NCBI RefSeq assembly: GCF_006345805.1
Contig: NW_021833417.1
Coordinates: forward strand, 66,019-130,018
Reading direction: 5' to 3'
Length of the DNA: 64,000 nucleotides
Source: Octopus sinensis
Lineage: Eukaryota
Positions 23,859 to 36,491 of the stretch are shown in pieces. Under the pieces are notes generated by a model. That model saw nothing but the letters and a program-made list of their open reading frames with translations. It did no database searches and was not told where the DNA came from. A program made the position numbers and the translations under genes. Each line of letters starts with the position of its first letter. Within the stretch, counting starts at the first letter, position 1.

Positions 23859-24460
23859 TCAATATCGTAAGAAGTAGTCAATTACTGTACTAAAAGCAGC
23901 AAATCCAATTGCCCCGAAGAGACCAGGCTTAAATCCGGCTAATTTATTAATACTTGGCAAACCTCTAAAACCCAGCAATCCCCCAGTAATTCCCCCTGCG
24001 GCAGTTCCATTGATAAGTTCGCTCTTGCCACGATACTGCGAGAATAGAATGACATGTCTAACGCTCTCAATCGAACATTCAATTCCCGAAAATAGAAATC
24101 CAACCACGGAAAAATTCCTGGCATACGACCAAGAACGAGATTTCATGTCGTTCAGTACAGATCGGAAGGTCTGTGTCTGTGAAGTCGACGGGGGTTCCAA
24201 TCCGACAGAAAAAACGCCAAAAAGTGACCCGAGTCCAAGACCAAAGAATCTCAGTTAATTTCATTACCAGCAAAATAGCTCAAAACAGCACGAAATGGAC
24301 ATGATTCAGTCAGCTGCATGATTACTTGCTGTTCGTTTGGTATTGGTGGTTTCCTTAAATACGGTTTACTTAGAACATGGTCTATGTTTTCACGTTGATT
24401 TCCAAAATAATTTTTAATGAGGTGGTTATATAATTTTGGAACATCGGCATGTGAATCCAT
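23859..24460 (-). CDS. TIMM22: Mitochondrial inner membrane translocase Tim22
   Basis: ESCPFRAVLS, GLGSLFGVF, SYARNFSVVGFLFSGIECSIES|YRGK, GITGGLLGFR|AG and FAAFSTVIDYFL. In-frame introns of 27 and 24 nt; one intron lacks a frame-preserving AG. Start codon uncertain. Confidence 0.9.
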
Positions 24461-25881
24461 ATAACGTGCAACACTTTTCACCTCGTTATTTAAATGTGAA
24501 TCATATTTATTACCATAATTATCATCAGAATATAACTTTTTTATTAACGGAAATTAAACCCTTATGCTGAGTGAATTTTCAAGCAATTCTCGCGATTGAT
24601 AACTAGGCAGATACGCTAGAAAAGCCAGCTAGTCTCTCTAGGCCTGCGAGTTCCTTCAAATGCTTTTATGGGCCTTCACTTTGAAAACTTGGCTGGTTTC
24701 AACAGCAATGAGCAAAAAGATTTAACGATTTTCAGTATGCTGACTCAGAAGAACAGGCAGAGTTAATCAAATTATATTTGTCGAAAAGTTCAACCTGGAT
24801 GACATCTCAGACGAGGCATTTGCCCTCAGCCAATTTAAATATTTCGAAACGTAATTTTAAATGCAGTATTCATTTTTGACATTATTCAAAAATTAAAGAT
24901 TATTCTATCTTTGATGCATTTTTCAGAGTTACCGCAGGTCCATTCGACAACACGCAATCAATAAAGTCATCTCACGTACTCAGAGTCGGCGGCATCACTT
25001 ACTCAGCTGGAACCCATCGACTAAGAAAACAAAGATAGAAATTTTTTCTTATCAAGTTTTGTAAGATTTTAATTTTTAAAAAGACATGTTCCATTTTATT
25101 ATTGAAATGAAAATCTTATATTAAAATAAAAAATCATTAAAATTTACTTTCTGTTTAAATCATCAATGATTTATCCACTTAAGTTTTTGAAGGTTTAAAT
25201 ATGCTTGAAATTGATTATTTATCATTTTTGAGTTTTAATAAATTAACATTACGAACAAAATTAACAATATCAATGTATGAATCCCACTGATGAGACGGTA
25301 AATTTATTTGTAGATAGAGCTATCAAACATAATAAAGTCTAGTAAAAGTAAGAAAATTCAGATGAGCACAAATTTGAACCAAGTACGTATTTCTTTCATA
25401 TTTAACAGCCTTTTAATAGTTTTTTCTTTATGACTCTTTCCCGATGTAATGACTAGTTTTCTTGTTATAATAAATAAAAATTAGTTATTGGCCATATGTT
25501 ATCAACTTATATTTTGTCTCAAGTATTATGACAAATGCGACAAACATATCGTTTTTATTGAGTTAATTTATTAAAATTGCGTATTCACAAGTATAGTGAC
25601 TGTTACCTCCAACAATATTTGGTAATTATCATTATTCATTGATTATAAGAATCACATTAATTAGATTATTCATGTTTATTAATATCTTTGTATTTAAATA
25701 TATTTGGCCTCGCAATAGTTTAGTTTTGTGCAATACTAGTTTAGAAAATTATGTATTAGTAAAATAATTCTATAGGTGCCAATAAATATAGATTTTTTTT
25801 CACAGCTGATAAGTATTCAATTTTGATAATGGCATTAGTTGACGTTTATTTATAATTATTAATTTTTTGCTTATTTTAGAA

Positions 25882-27492
25882 ATGAAAATAACAATTTTCC
25901 TGGTTTTCTACTCAAGCATGGGATTCAAAAATTATTTATATTTTCAAATTCCTGAAGAATCTAAACCGGCAACATTCGTTGGAGCCATTTCCAGCCAATC
26001 TAACAAACAATCAGGAAACGTCATGAAATTTTATAAACTGACAAATAATATTGAGAGCAGTTATTTTATTATAAACAAAACAACTGGAATTATTACAACA
26101 GCTTCAATCATTTTACGTGAAAGTATAATTCGGTGCCGTGGACAAAAAAAATGTGTTGTAGAATTTAAAGCAAGTTCTATTTCAAAACAGGAGTTCAGAG
26201 TCTATGTGATACAAATCAATATATGTGATGTTAATAACAATGCTCCAACTTTTTACCCAAATTACATTTCGCATGAAATTGAAGACTTAGTGAATGACGT
26301 TTTGATACAACTCCCTTCTCCTTATGACTACGACAGTCCTAAATTTGGCATTAGAACATGTTTTCTGGAAAATTCAGAAAATTGGACATCAATTTTGGTA
26401 ACTAAAATGAATTCGGGACAATATAACCTTAAACTTAAGGTTTATGTTAATTTAACATACTCTAATTCGAAACTTGTAACTATTCAGTGTTTGGATTGGG
26501 GATATCCCCCTTTAAAGGGACGACTTTTTGTACATCTCATTTTTAAAAAAACAGTTATTTGCTCGAAGCCAATTTTTGAATACAAAAAATTAAGAATTTC
26601 AGTAAAAAACAAAACAGATTCTAATCCATTTATAATTACAAAACTGGCTGCAGTCAGAAATTCAAGTTTCCGTGGGAAAGAAGAATACAAATCACAGATT
26701 TTGGCTTACAAGATCATTGGAAATACGGTTTTTAAAATTGATCCAGTAAACGGAACAGTTTATGGTTATATTGATGAAATGGGACACTTTTTTAATTCTG
26801 GAAAACTTTTGATGCTTAATGCAAGTGTTTGTTGTGGAATTATGTGTGACTATTGTGAAATATATATTAAATTCGAGCGAATTACAAGGAAAACAGAAAA
26901 TTCCTTTGGTTTTGAAAATTATATAAACATCTTTCTCGAAAAGGAAAAGTTTAGTGTTTCCAGAAAATCAGCAAATGGAACTATTCTTGGCTATGTAGTA
27001 ATTGATAGCAATTCTCATGCTTCTGCCCGATGTAGAATTTTTTCTTCAAGTCAAATTGTTATTCAAAAATTGACAAATACCACATTCGTAATTCTCAATA
27101 TCTTAGATAATGAGAATACTATATTTAATATGACCAAATGTTTTGAATTAGAGTGCAAAATTACAAACAAATTATTTCGCTCAAAAATTATTTGTGTTAA
27201 TATTACAGAAAATGCAGTCTCGCCCGGGATTATAAAATTTCTAAAAAACAAGTTTTCAAGTTATGTATTTATTCTTGTTACAACATCACTTGGAATATTT
27301 TTTTCAATTTTTTTTCTTTTTATTTTCATTCGATATAGTCGTTACCATTTCAAAGTAAATTTCATGTTACCAATTTAGAATGACCGAAAACACAACTTTG
27401 TTAATTCGAATAATTCAAATAAATATCCCGACTGTATTAAACAATTAAATTTTCCTTACTGCGATAGTAGGGGATATAATTACGGGAAATAA
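25882..27492 (+). CDS. Divergent protocadherin-like type I membrane protein
   Basis: Signal peptide, IPEESKPATFVG, ICDVNNNAPTF, PYDYDSP, CLDWGYPPLKG and FKIDPVNGTV, then a TM helix. One large exon, a 24-nt intron and a short cytoplasmic exon. Confidence 0.8.
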
Positions 27493-27560
27493 AAATAAAG
27501 CTAACACCAATTATATATATGATGATATATACAATTTTTATGTTTGTTCCTTCGAAAATA

Positions 27561-28050
27561 CTAAAATAGGTCAACCGAGTCACTGGGATTTTTCACATCC
27601 ACATAAATCGTTGTCAGTGAATTTCGATAGGGTCTCGATCAGTATTTGTTAACCAATACCTGATTCTTAACTCTCTGACAATTCCTTCAAATTCCTAACT
27701 AGTTTTTGTAAACAGAATCGCATTCACTTACAAAAAAGTCATCAACAGATAAGACGATAATCATTCGAGCAGACTGGTTATCTAATTGAAAGATTAAATA
27801 AGCGCCCCAGTACATAACCACTCTGAAATCGAGAGAGAATCAAGATATGGGTTATTGCTTCATCAAACATATTTCAGAGCCAAAAGGAAGTATTCTAAAC
27901 ATGAGATAGTCTTCGGTAACTCAGATGGTCAGTAATTTGCAATTACAAGTACATATTCATGTATCATTTGCAGTCTTGGGTGGCGTGTGGGGACAATACC
28001 GAGTGAAGATAAGGTCGCTTGTGAAGTGCGTCAGGATAACGTGATTAATT
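27561..28050 (-). CDS. Possible small multi-exon gene of unknown function
   Basis: GT-AG segments at 27634-27659 and 27695-27731 join DNQSARMIIVLSVDDFF-EFEGIVRELRI-RPYRNSLTTIYVDVKNPSDSVDLF*. The 5' exons could not be resolved. Confidence 0.35.
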
Positions 28051-28152
28051 TGTTTTGTTTTTACCGTGTCTTTGTTAAATAAAACTTAAAACGAGTGAGT
28101 TAATTTATTAATTTGTTTGATTAATGTATAAAAATTAATTCTAGCAAAATCA

Positions 28153-29258
28153 ATGTGGTATTCCTCATGGGGGTTTGACGACATTGAATTATTAGAAGAT
28201 AAAATAATTTTTTCGAGTCATTTTATAATTGATAAATTATTCAGAACTAAAATCTCCTTCTCGACGATTTTTTATAGAACTCAAGAACGGCAATAAAATT
28301 TGGACTGTCTCCTTCAACGAAACAAATCCGAACATTCCCCTCGTACTTGTACATGGCTATGCCGGTTCAATCGGAATTTGGGCCTCAAACTTTGACAATT
28401 TATCATTCGACCGTCCGGTGTATGCTTTTGATCTGATCGGCTTCGGATCGAGCAGTAGATGTGATTTCCCAGCTGACCCACATGAGATTGAGAGTTTTTT
28501 TATCTCCACAATTCATGAATGGACATGTGCCCTCAAATTGGAAAGATTTCATTTGCTTGGTCACAGCTTTGGTGGCTATCTTGTTTATTTCGAAAGTAAT
28601 AGTCTAGGCTACTCTGTATTGGGTCAAATATCCGAATAGAGTGGCCGAACTGATCTTGGCTGATCCGTGGGGATTTGATTCCAGACCAAGCGACGACGAA
28701 ATCAAGCCTCGGCCTTCTCTGGTCACCAGATTTATGTACAATTACGTCAACTCGATGTCACTTTTAAGAATTTTTGGTATTTTCGGTTGCTCATGAAAAA
28801 TACTTACGAAACAATTTAGGAAATTACATATTGAATTACTCTCGGCCAAGATTAATTACAAATTTTGAGCAAGCGGGTTATCCTCGAATGGGAGAATATA
28901 TATGCATGTCTAACGGGCATTCCAACCCATGGTTTCCTTCCGTGGCTTTATTTTAGTGGGGAATATGCATTTCATGGACTGACGACGCTCTATAACTATG
29001 CTCTCAATCCATTAGCGGGGAGAATCGAGGCATATAAAGATAAATTTAGTGCAGCCTTTATCTATGGGGATATGTCTGGGATTAGTCGAGTTTCAGTTAA
29101 AATTATGGCTCAATCGCCGGATTATAATATTACATTATACGTGAGTGGTTTTCTGGAATTTGCAGACATTGAATGGGGCAGATCACCATTTGTATTTACA
29201 TCCGGACTTTGATGGCATTGTTAATAATATCTGCCGGGGGAAGTGCTATTCCGTTTAA
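28153..29258 (+). CDS. ABHD4: Alpha/beta hydrolase, ABHD4/ABHD5 family (Ser in nucleophile motif)
   Basis: PLVLVHGYAG, VYAFDLIGFGSSSR, HLLGHSFGGYL, KYPNRVAELILADPWGF and GADHHLY. Five GT-AG introns of 28, 25, 43, 25 and 25 nt. Confidence 0.85.
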
Positions 29259-29865
29259 TTATAGTCCTGCCATTCGATTATTAATGTAATGGACTGGTGC
29301 AAGCAATTGCTTTCATATGCAGTTTTATTTCTTAATTTGTCCGATATTTTAATGGTCTGAAATCAAGAAATTAGTAAATTTTATAAAAAACTTGTTGGGA
29401 AAAAAGAGGAATGAAATAGAAAGCATGAAATGTTTTTTGGAAGATTCATACTTTTACCCACTGCAAAGATGTAAGAATTTTGGGTGGTTTTCGTCGTCCT
29501 TTGAGTAGAGGGTTTTTAGAAACCTTGAGAAATTGAATTTAGCTAAAGAGAACAGTAGAAGTAGGTGTGTTTTCTGACTGAAACAAATCTATTGCAACGT
29601 CTGAGGAATACTGTGGCAGGACAAGGCACATTTTGAAAAGTTTGGTCATGAAATTGTTGTGATGTAATTTATTTATGGGTAGGAAAAACGTCAAGACAGG
29701 AAAAATTATTTCATTTATCCCATTAAAAGTTAAACATGTCAAATATCAAGTTGAACAAAAAGAAGAGCATTTCGAAAATGATTTTTCCCTAATCTTTAAA
29801 TAAAGCTTTTCTTATAAAACACAAAAATAAACAAGAAACGCCAATTTACTGAAACTCGAATAGTT

Positions 29866-30656
29866 TTAATTATTAAAGGATCCATAATCGTCGCCAATCA
29901 AATTTAGCGAGTCTGCAGACACAACGAAGGGTCCCTCTTGTCTGGACACACCCGGAGTGACCACAGTCAAGTAATACTACACTAAACAGTGCACACCAAC
30001 CTTGGGGACATAGAGAGAACATCGTGCACTCAATGCTTTGTAGCACGTCTCGATTGCCTTCTTCACATCCTCCTCCGATCCATTCGGGAAATTGGGAACT
30101 TGGCGCAAAATGGATTCGGACATTTGGCGGGCAAAAGCAGTGTCGACCACGTCATTTTCAAAGGAGACTCCTCGTTCGTTGACCATCCCCAAAAACCTTG
30201 TCATGTCGAGGAAACATACTTTGAGCCATCAGGGGAGAACCCGGCGACAGCGAAGGCACACAAAATAGGCTTGAGTTTACTTCTGCGCATATAAAGGAAT
30301 CTTTCCAGATATGAAAAGAGCATTTTCACGTCGACCGAATGCCCGTCCTTCAAAACGGAGTATTCCGAACTAATTTTATTTATTTATTACTCACATCATT
30401 CTTTCCATCAGAGAAATGACGTGCTGAGAATCGGCCAAATCTCCGGAGTACCCAACGACACTGCTGGGGTTTAGTTGGGAGAATCGAGGCACATCCGAGA
30501 TTTGAATGAGTGAACCGTGGTATATATTTCCACAGTCGGCAGCCAATATTATTCCGTCTTTGAACTTGCAGCCAATCACTCCCGTTTGATAAATTCCGAT
30601 ACTAGTTTATGTTTTATTTGTTGCGGGTATTTTAATTACAATATTACCCACCTCAT
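29866..30656 (-). CDS. PSMB4: Proteasome subunit beta type-4 (beta7)
   Basis: GVIGCKFKDGIILAAD, VGYSGDLADSQH, YMRRSKLKP and FLGMVNERG. Introns of 49, 25, 23 and 24 nt. Confidence 0.85.
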
Positions 30657-30899
30657 ATGTATAGTGTGTTTCTCTGTCTATTTAAAAATATTTTAATGTT
30701 GATTTACTAAGTTTAAAATAACAAAATACACTAAGTTATAAATCAAGGGAACTACACAACGAGTATCGAATCATCCCCTTTCCATCAGAATCTCATCATT
30801 ATGGCCAGAAGTTCGGTATTCATTAGACTTTGAATTTGATTCACAAATATTATCACGTAGAGGTTATCCGATTAAGTCGTGTCCGACTATTGGAGATCG

Positions 30900-31870
30900 A
30901 ATAAGCCAATATTTAAAAGTCAGAATATATGACGAAATCGTCAGAACGATAAAACCACTGCCAATCCAGTGAAACTCCTTTACTCAAAGCAGGTTAAGAC
31001 GCCCGCATATGTGTATACAACTCATACACAACCTCAAAGAACTCGGATAAAATTATTAGCATCAACAATGCGGAAGAATGCAGAAAAACGTGGATAGACT
31101 AGACTCCTTTTACCATAATGATCTACACGAGTATAAAAACATTCTTCTTTATACTAATTGCTGGCGAATGGAATGCAAAAGCAGGAAAAGACCACGACAA
31201 GAAATGTTTATGGGAGACATGAACGAAAAAACACACCAGGTGACAGCATACTACTACATGCGGTACGTCATAAAACCGGGACTAGAAAAAACAAAAAGTG
31301 AATACACTAACATTTATAACCAAATTGATTAATTTGCAGACAATAAGAAAAACTGGGCACTTGTACTGGAGAGCGAAAACACCAGCGACTAGGAAACAAA
31401 GGAACAAGTACAAACAGAAATTAGGAAAGTATCGACAACAATCAAGTATGTAAAAACTTATTGAACTCTCGAATGTCAGAAGATGATCTGGAAAATGGTG
31501 GACAGATGTACAGAACACACGAAAACAGCCAAACTCAACAAAATTGGAACACTACTATAGAGAAGACATCATAAGGAGAATAATGCTGTCGACTGTCGGA
31601 CTACATGGCTAGGAAAGTTTTATGTGCCAAGTTATACACTGCTTTTGTTAAACCTATACTTTTGTACAACAGAAAAGGGGCATCTGAGTCTGAACTAAAA
31701 TACCGCACAAGACAGTTAAGATTTTTTATCACATAAACTGGTCGAAGAAAATCAAAACTCTTCTCTATCCCCCATCAGTAGACCCTTCACCTTGGACATT
31801 ACTCGTTGGGGTCTATTCAGCCTTCAGAGGACGTCCACGGACAACATACACATCTGGTAGCCAATCAATA
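30900..31870 (+). mobile_element. Old, heavily decayed RTE-like fragment
   Basis: AGEWNAKAGK and NQID motifs of the RTE endonuclease, with many stops. Confidence 0.5.
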
Positions 31871-31978
31871 CCTTTTAATTTATTGTTGGGGATAAACTAT
31901 AGAAAAAACAAATTATAGTAACGTCTAAACCACAGTTTGGTTTCACTGAGGTGGAAAGGAAGTTGGAGTATAATGTTT

Positions 31979-32667
31979 ATTATTATTATTATTTGCAACA
32001 TACGTAGAATCATATTAGTTAATTTTACTCGTGCAGCATTAAAAACAATCCTTTGAACCAGCCTCCTCCAACTCTCTGTCGTGAGCGAGTTTCCTCAGCT
32101 CGTCCAGATCCTCACCACTCCTTAGCTTTTCTTCACACATTTCAGGTCTCCGTCAAGTTTTCCGGCAGCGTAACACGTGGACTCCACGGAAGCTCGATCC
32201 CTCTTTCAGGAAGTAGCCCTCCATTGCTATGTTAGCTGGGGCAAGCATGTCCATTCGTAAATATGGCCAAATAACCTCCACCGCATATTAACGATTCCAC
32301 ACTCGAGGGCCATTTCTGCATCTATTGTATAGCGATCCTGGTTGATTCTTATAGGCCAGTTCAATCCCAGTAGGGATCTAAGTTGCCTGCGGTGAAAAGA
32401 ATCGAGTCCACGTTGTGTTCAGTACTAGACATTCCCCAGGTCGCCGAATTATATGTTGGATTGGTTTGACAAAGGCTTCATACATCCTCAGACAAGTGAC
32501 GTACAGATCGTCGTTTGCCGATCCACTCTTTCTTTATCTTGTTCATCGTGGCCCAAGCGAGAGCCTTTCTTCTGACAATATCATGGCCGTCCCAAGTAGA
32601 GAACCAAGTTTGTTCGTTTTGGCGCCAGGCTTCACTTGAGCTGCTCTCCATCCTCATGATTTTCAAC
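31979..32667 (-). mobile_element. 5'-truncated copy of the RTE element with a 13-bp TSD
   Basis: Highly similar to 16305-17000, with a (TAA)n tail. GAGTATAATGTTT occurs at 31966-31978 and 32668-32680. Confidence 0.95.
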
Positions 32668-33519
32668 GAGTATAATGTTTCTTGTCGCAAAAATTGAAAT
32701 TACATACTGAAATATACTTGTTTAAATTAATTTTTATCATTTTTTGGATAAAAGTTCAAATAAAATTAAATTTTCAAAACTTGTTGTATGGAGTGCTTTG
32801 GTGTAAGAAGGATTTCTGATAGGTAAATATTGTCTAGCATATCATTTATAGTTTAATTGATAAAAATGGACAAACAAATTCGGACTGGATGATAGATAAA
32901 ATTCCAATTCCTGATTCACTAAAGAAACCTTTAGAGATTGAACGCCGACTGATAATCCCCGTAGTGTTGGTGATTCCCATATTTTAAGTCTCTACGATTC
33001 CCGCTTCTGAAGAGTTCAAATCTCGCCATTTCAGTTCTCGATGGGTCAATTGATGAACTAAATATCTCCGTTCCTGAAGAAAGATTGACGTTGACGGAAG
33101 ACGCCGTCGACGAGTTCTGTTCTCGGGGATTTAATTATTTCCTTCATTAATTCATTTTGATTCCTATTTTTGTCACTTGTTACATTTATTTTATAATTTA
33201 ATGGTCCAGCGTGTTCTGGCATACTTTGAATACTGGCTATTTGGGAAGAACTATAAACCTGCCGATATATCACGCCCAACTACCTTAGTAGTTTTTGTTG
33301 TATTAATTATTTCATCAGACTTGCTCGATCTGTCCTCAGTCAAGTTTCTGTCTTTCAAATATGAGAATAACCTTTTTGATTAGGGATATTTATTCTTGTA
33401 TTTTAGTCACGTCGATATCTGGTGGAAATTTTGTGAGACTTATCCTTTTAAGTAATGATTTCGGCAGAAGCATGATCCCTAATTGTTTTCCACCTGCTTT
33501 TTCTGTAGGAATAGCAAAA

Positions 33520-33830
33520 TATTTCTCAACAATATTCCCCCCATCCTAAAAAAGTGGATAGCTAATTCTCACTGGGCAATCAATACGAAAAGCACGAAAT
33601 CAAGCTCGAAGTATTTTCCAAATGGAGTACCTCAAAACTTGCCTTTATCACCAGCTCTTTTCAGCTTATACTTATCAGATCTCCCGTGATTAAAAGTTGA
33701 AGATTTAATTGTTTTATCATATGGGGAGGATATTGTGGTTGCCTCTCACAACCAAGAGGTCATAATAGCTGCGGAAAAGCTGCAAAACTACCTCTACAGT
33801 CTTGAAGGGTGGTTGCTAATATAGGGTTTT
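33520..33830 (+). mobile_element. I/Jockey-like RT fragment
   Basis: NGVPQNLPLSPALFSLYLSDLP and YGEDIVV are decayed versions of the GVPQGS and YADD motifs. Confidence 0.65.
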
Positions 33831-34029
33831 CCACACTTTTTCGCCACTTTTTCATTCAATTTCGTGTAAAGTAGATTATCGGCTTTTCGTTTCAAGCAAT
33901 TCTGCCACTTTATCAAGCAATTTCGTGCATAAGAAGATTATCGGTTTACTGTCTTGAAGGGTGGTTGCTAATAAACCGACTGTCAATGTCAGGGAAAAAT
34001 GAGGACCCTCCTTAGAGAAGCCGGGATCA

Positions 34030-34385
34030 GTTATTGGAGATCGGAAAACTTTTCCGTTTTGTCCCAATCTCGATAGAGACGTCTGGTGTAGTGGGATCCA
34101 AAACCGCGGAATTTCTCAAGGAAATTGGGGCGATGCTGGCTAAACGAAGGAGGGACAGTCGCGAGGGGTATTGGCTTCGCCAACGTATCGGAATTGCAGT
34201 TCTTCGTGGCAACACGCACGCGATACTGGCTGCCGGAGCAATCAATTCATGAAATAGAACTTTATTGTTGGGTTGTGGGGAGGAGCAAACCACCTCCTCA
34301 ATTCGATAATGAAGTCCTGAAAATGTTTTACAGTTCCATTTTTACTTTTCTTAATAAAAAATGATTTATTAAAAAAAAAAAAAAA
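34030..34385 (+). mobile_element. 3' end of a CRE-clade LINE with poly(A) tail
   Basis: FVPISIETSGVVGS...WLRQRIGIAVLRGN and a long A run near 34370-34385. Confidence 0.85.
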
Positions 34386-34836
34386 GATACCAACGTCTAT
34401 TTTATTTAATAAATTTTACAAATAAATTCGATTTTATAACTATTAAAAAGTATTATTTTAAAATGGTAAACCTCGAAATATAATAAACATTATGAATTTT
34501 AATCAATAATCCTAGAAAAAACGGTGTGGTTGGTTTTGTTAGCTCTCCTATTTTCTCAAAAGTCACCAAATTCATCGAAAATAGGCTTAAAATGGGATTT
34601 GGAAAAAATTAATGTATGTTTTATAGGAGCAAAATTGAAATAAATGAGATTTTGAAAGTGTCCAACGAACGGCGCCGTCCAGCCTACGGCCGGTGACAAA
34701 TAGTAATATCAAATTTCTAAAATAAAAATTAAAGCCAGTTGGTCGGCAATCTAAACATTTATCTTTAAGCAAGATAAGAAACGTTTTAAGGAAATGTGGT
34801 ATTAACAATGAACTTGTTATATGTTAGATTAATAGC

Positions 34837-36119
34837 CTATTTCTGACGCTTGTAAATGACACCGAGACATGCATAGAATATATCGAGAGGTAATTGGAGG
34901 GCTCCACTCTTCAGTTCACACAATCGTGAGACCTCCTTTGAGATCAACGCGAATGATTCACTCTCGAATGTGCGGTAGAGATCGCAAAGACCGAGATCCG
35001 AATATATTTTCCTAACACATTCGTTAGAGTTAGGAGTTCCATATTTCTGAACTAATAAATTCATTTCTTGAGGGGAGGCTTTCTTCAAGGCCTGGACAAT
35101 CAACCAAGAACATTTATAATCCTCAATGTCAGTCCCCACCTTCCCCAACACTTCGGGGGACGCGAAACAATCCAGGTAATCATCTTGAGCCTGAAATAAT
35201 TCTCCTACCTTCATTAACACCTCTTCGAACTACAAAATGATATTAATATAGTCGACCAGGACTTTATAGTCCTCGTTGAGTGTTATGCCGTTCTGTCCCG
35301 ACTCGGTGTAGTGCAGTTCAGCCACATAAATTGCCAAGTGAATGGGGAGAACGAAGGTGTAGAAGGCAGTCTTCCAGCGGACTATAGTCCTGTAGTGTTC
35401 TGGAGTGTATATTTCGCGGACATCCAGGCCATTCGCAACCGCGTTCTTCCACCTGATAGGACTCATCAAATCAAGCTGCTGACCCACCACAGTGCGGAGA
35501 ATGGTCTGTCACAATAAACAACTCAGTTCTACATCATGAAATAACTGGAATAGTCTCTGATAGTTATGTTCGTGTGAAAAATACTCCTCCAGTAGAACAA
35601 ACACTGCCGATTCCAAAAAGAAGGAATCATTAATCGCAATATTCCCAACCTCTGTCTACTTTAATTGAAACAAGGAAATGCCACCCGTTTGTACCAGCAA
35701 GGTTTCCCACGTCGGGTAGAGGAATTGTCCATAATGTCATCGGCCACAAGAAAGAATGACTGGAGGAGTTCAACTGCCCAACCGAGAATGACGGCCTGGT
35801 TGAGACGTGTTGGAGAGGACGGGAGATTGTTGGCCTCTCGGATGAGTTCGTAGGCAACGACGACTGTAAGTCCTCTCACTTTCTTACCGTCAAATGCGTT
35901 GTACTTGAGACTCTGCGGCTGTGATTGCAATAACTGTACATTTATGAACCACTCCACTGATGGCCTGATTTCTGGGTATGACGAGAGCTTTGTTTCAATT
36001 TTTTGGAGGACTGTTGAGAATCCTTCGTTGAATAACTCTGAATATTTTTTAAACATTTCATTGTATTTGTCGATTTTTTCTAGGAAAAAATTGTAATAAG
36101 TTACACCTGGAATTATCAT
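34837..36119 (-). CDS. FDPS: Farnesyl pyrophosphate synthase, 7 exons
   Basis: GKKVRG, ELLQSFFLVADDIMDNSSTRRGKPCWY, GQQLDL, KTAFYTF, FQAQDDYLD and GTDIEDYKCSWL. Introns of 27, 27, 29, 26, 24 and 33 nt. Confidence 0.95.
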
Positions 36120-36491
36120 ATGGTGACTATTGGATTCAAATGTGATTTTTAAATTAATTTAGCTTAGCTACTTTTTATGCTTTACAAATATTTATTAAAT
36201 TTTAATAGATGATTATTCACAAAATACTGTAAAAGTCATGTTTTAACGTTTTCTGATTTTGTTGAATTTTTCTTTAAAAAGACTTTAGATTCACTTCCGA
36301 TTGTCATTGCAGAAAAATAAGAAAAGTAGAAAGGAATTATTTGACGAGACTCAGGACTGAAAGAATCGGAAGTATTAAAAATAATCCACTAAAGGACATT
36401 AAACTGACACAAATTCAATATCCATTAACCAATCGACATAAAGGAAATAATAAAAATAGTTTAATTCAAAAAGGAAGTATATAGATTGTCA

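Noticed and set aside
32800-33480. Possible gene or gag-like remnant on the minus strand
   Set aside because: The frames are broken by stops, with no consistent intron pattern and no recognisable motif. Left unannotated.
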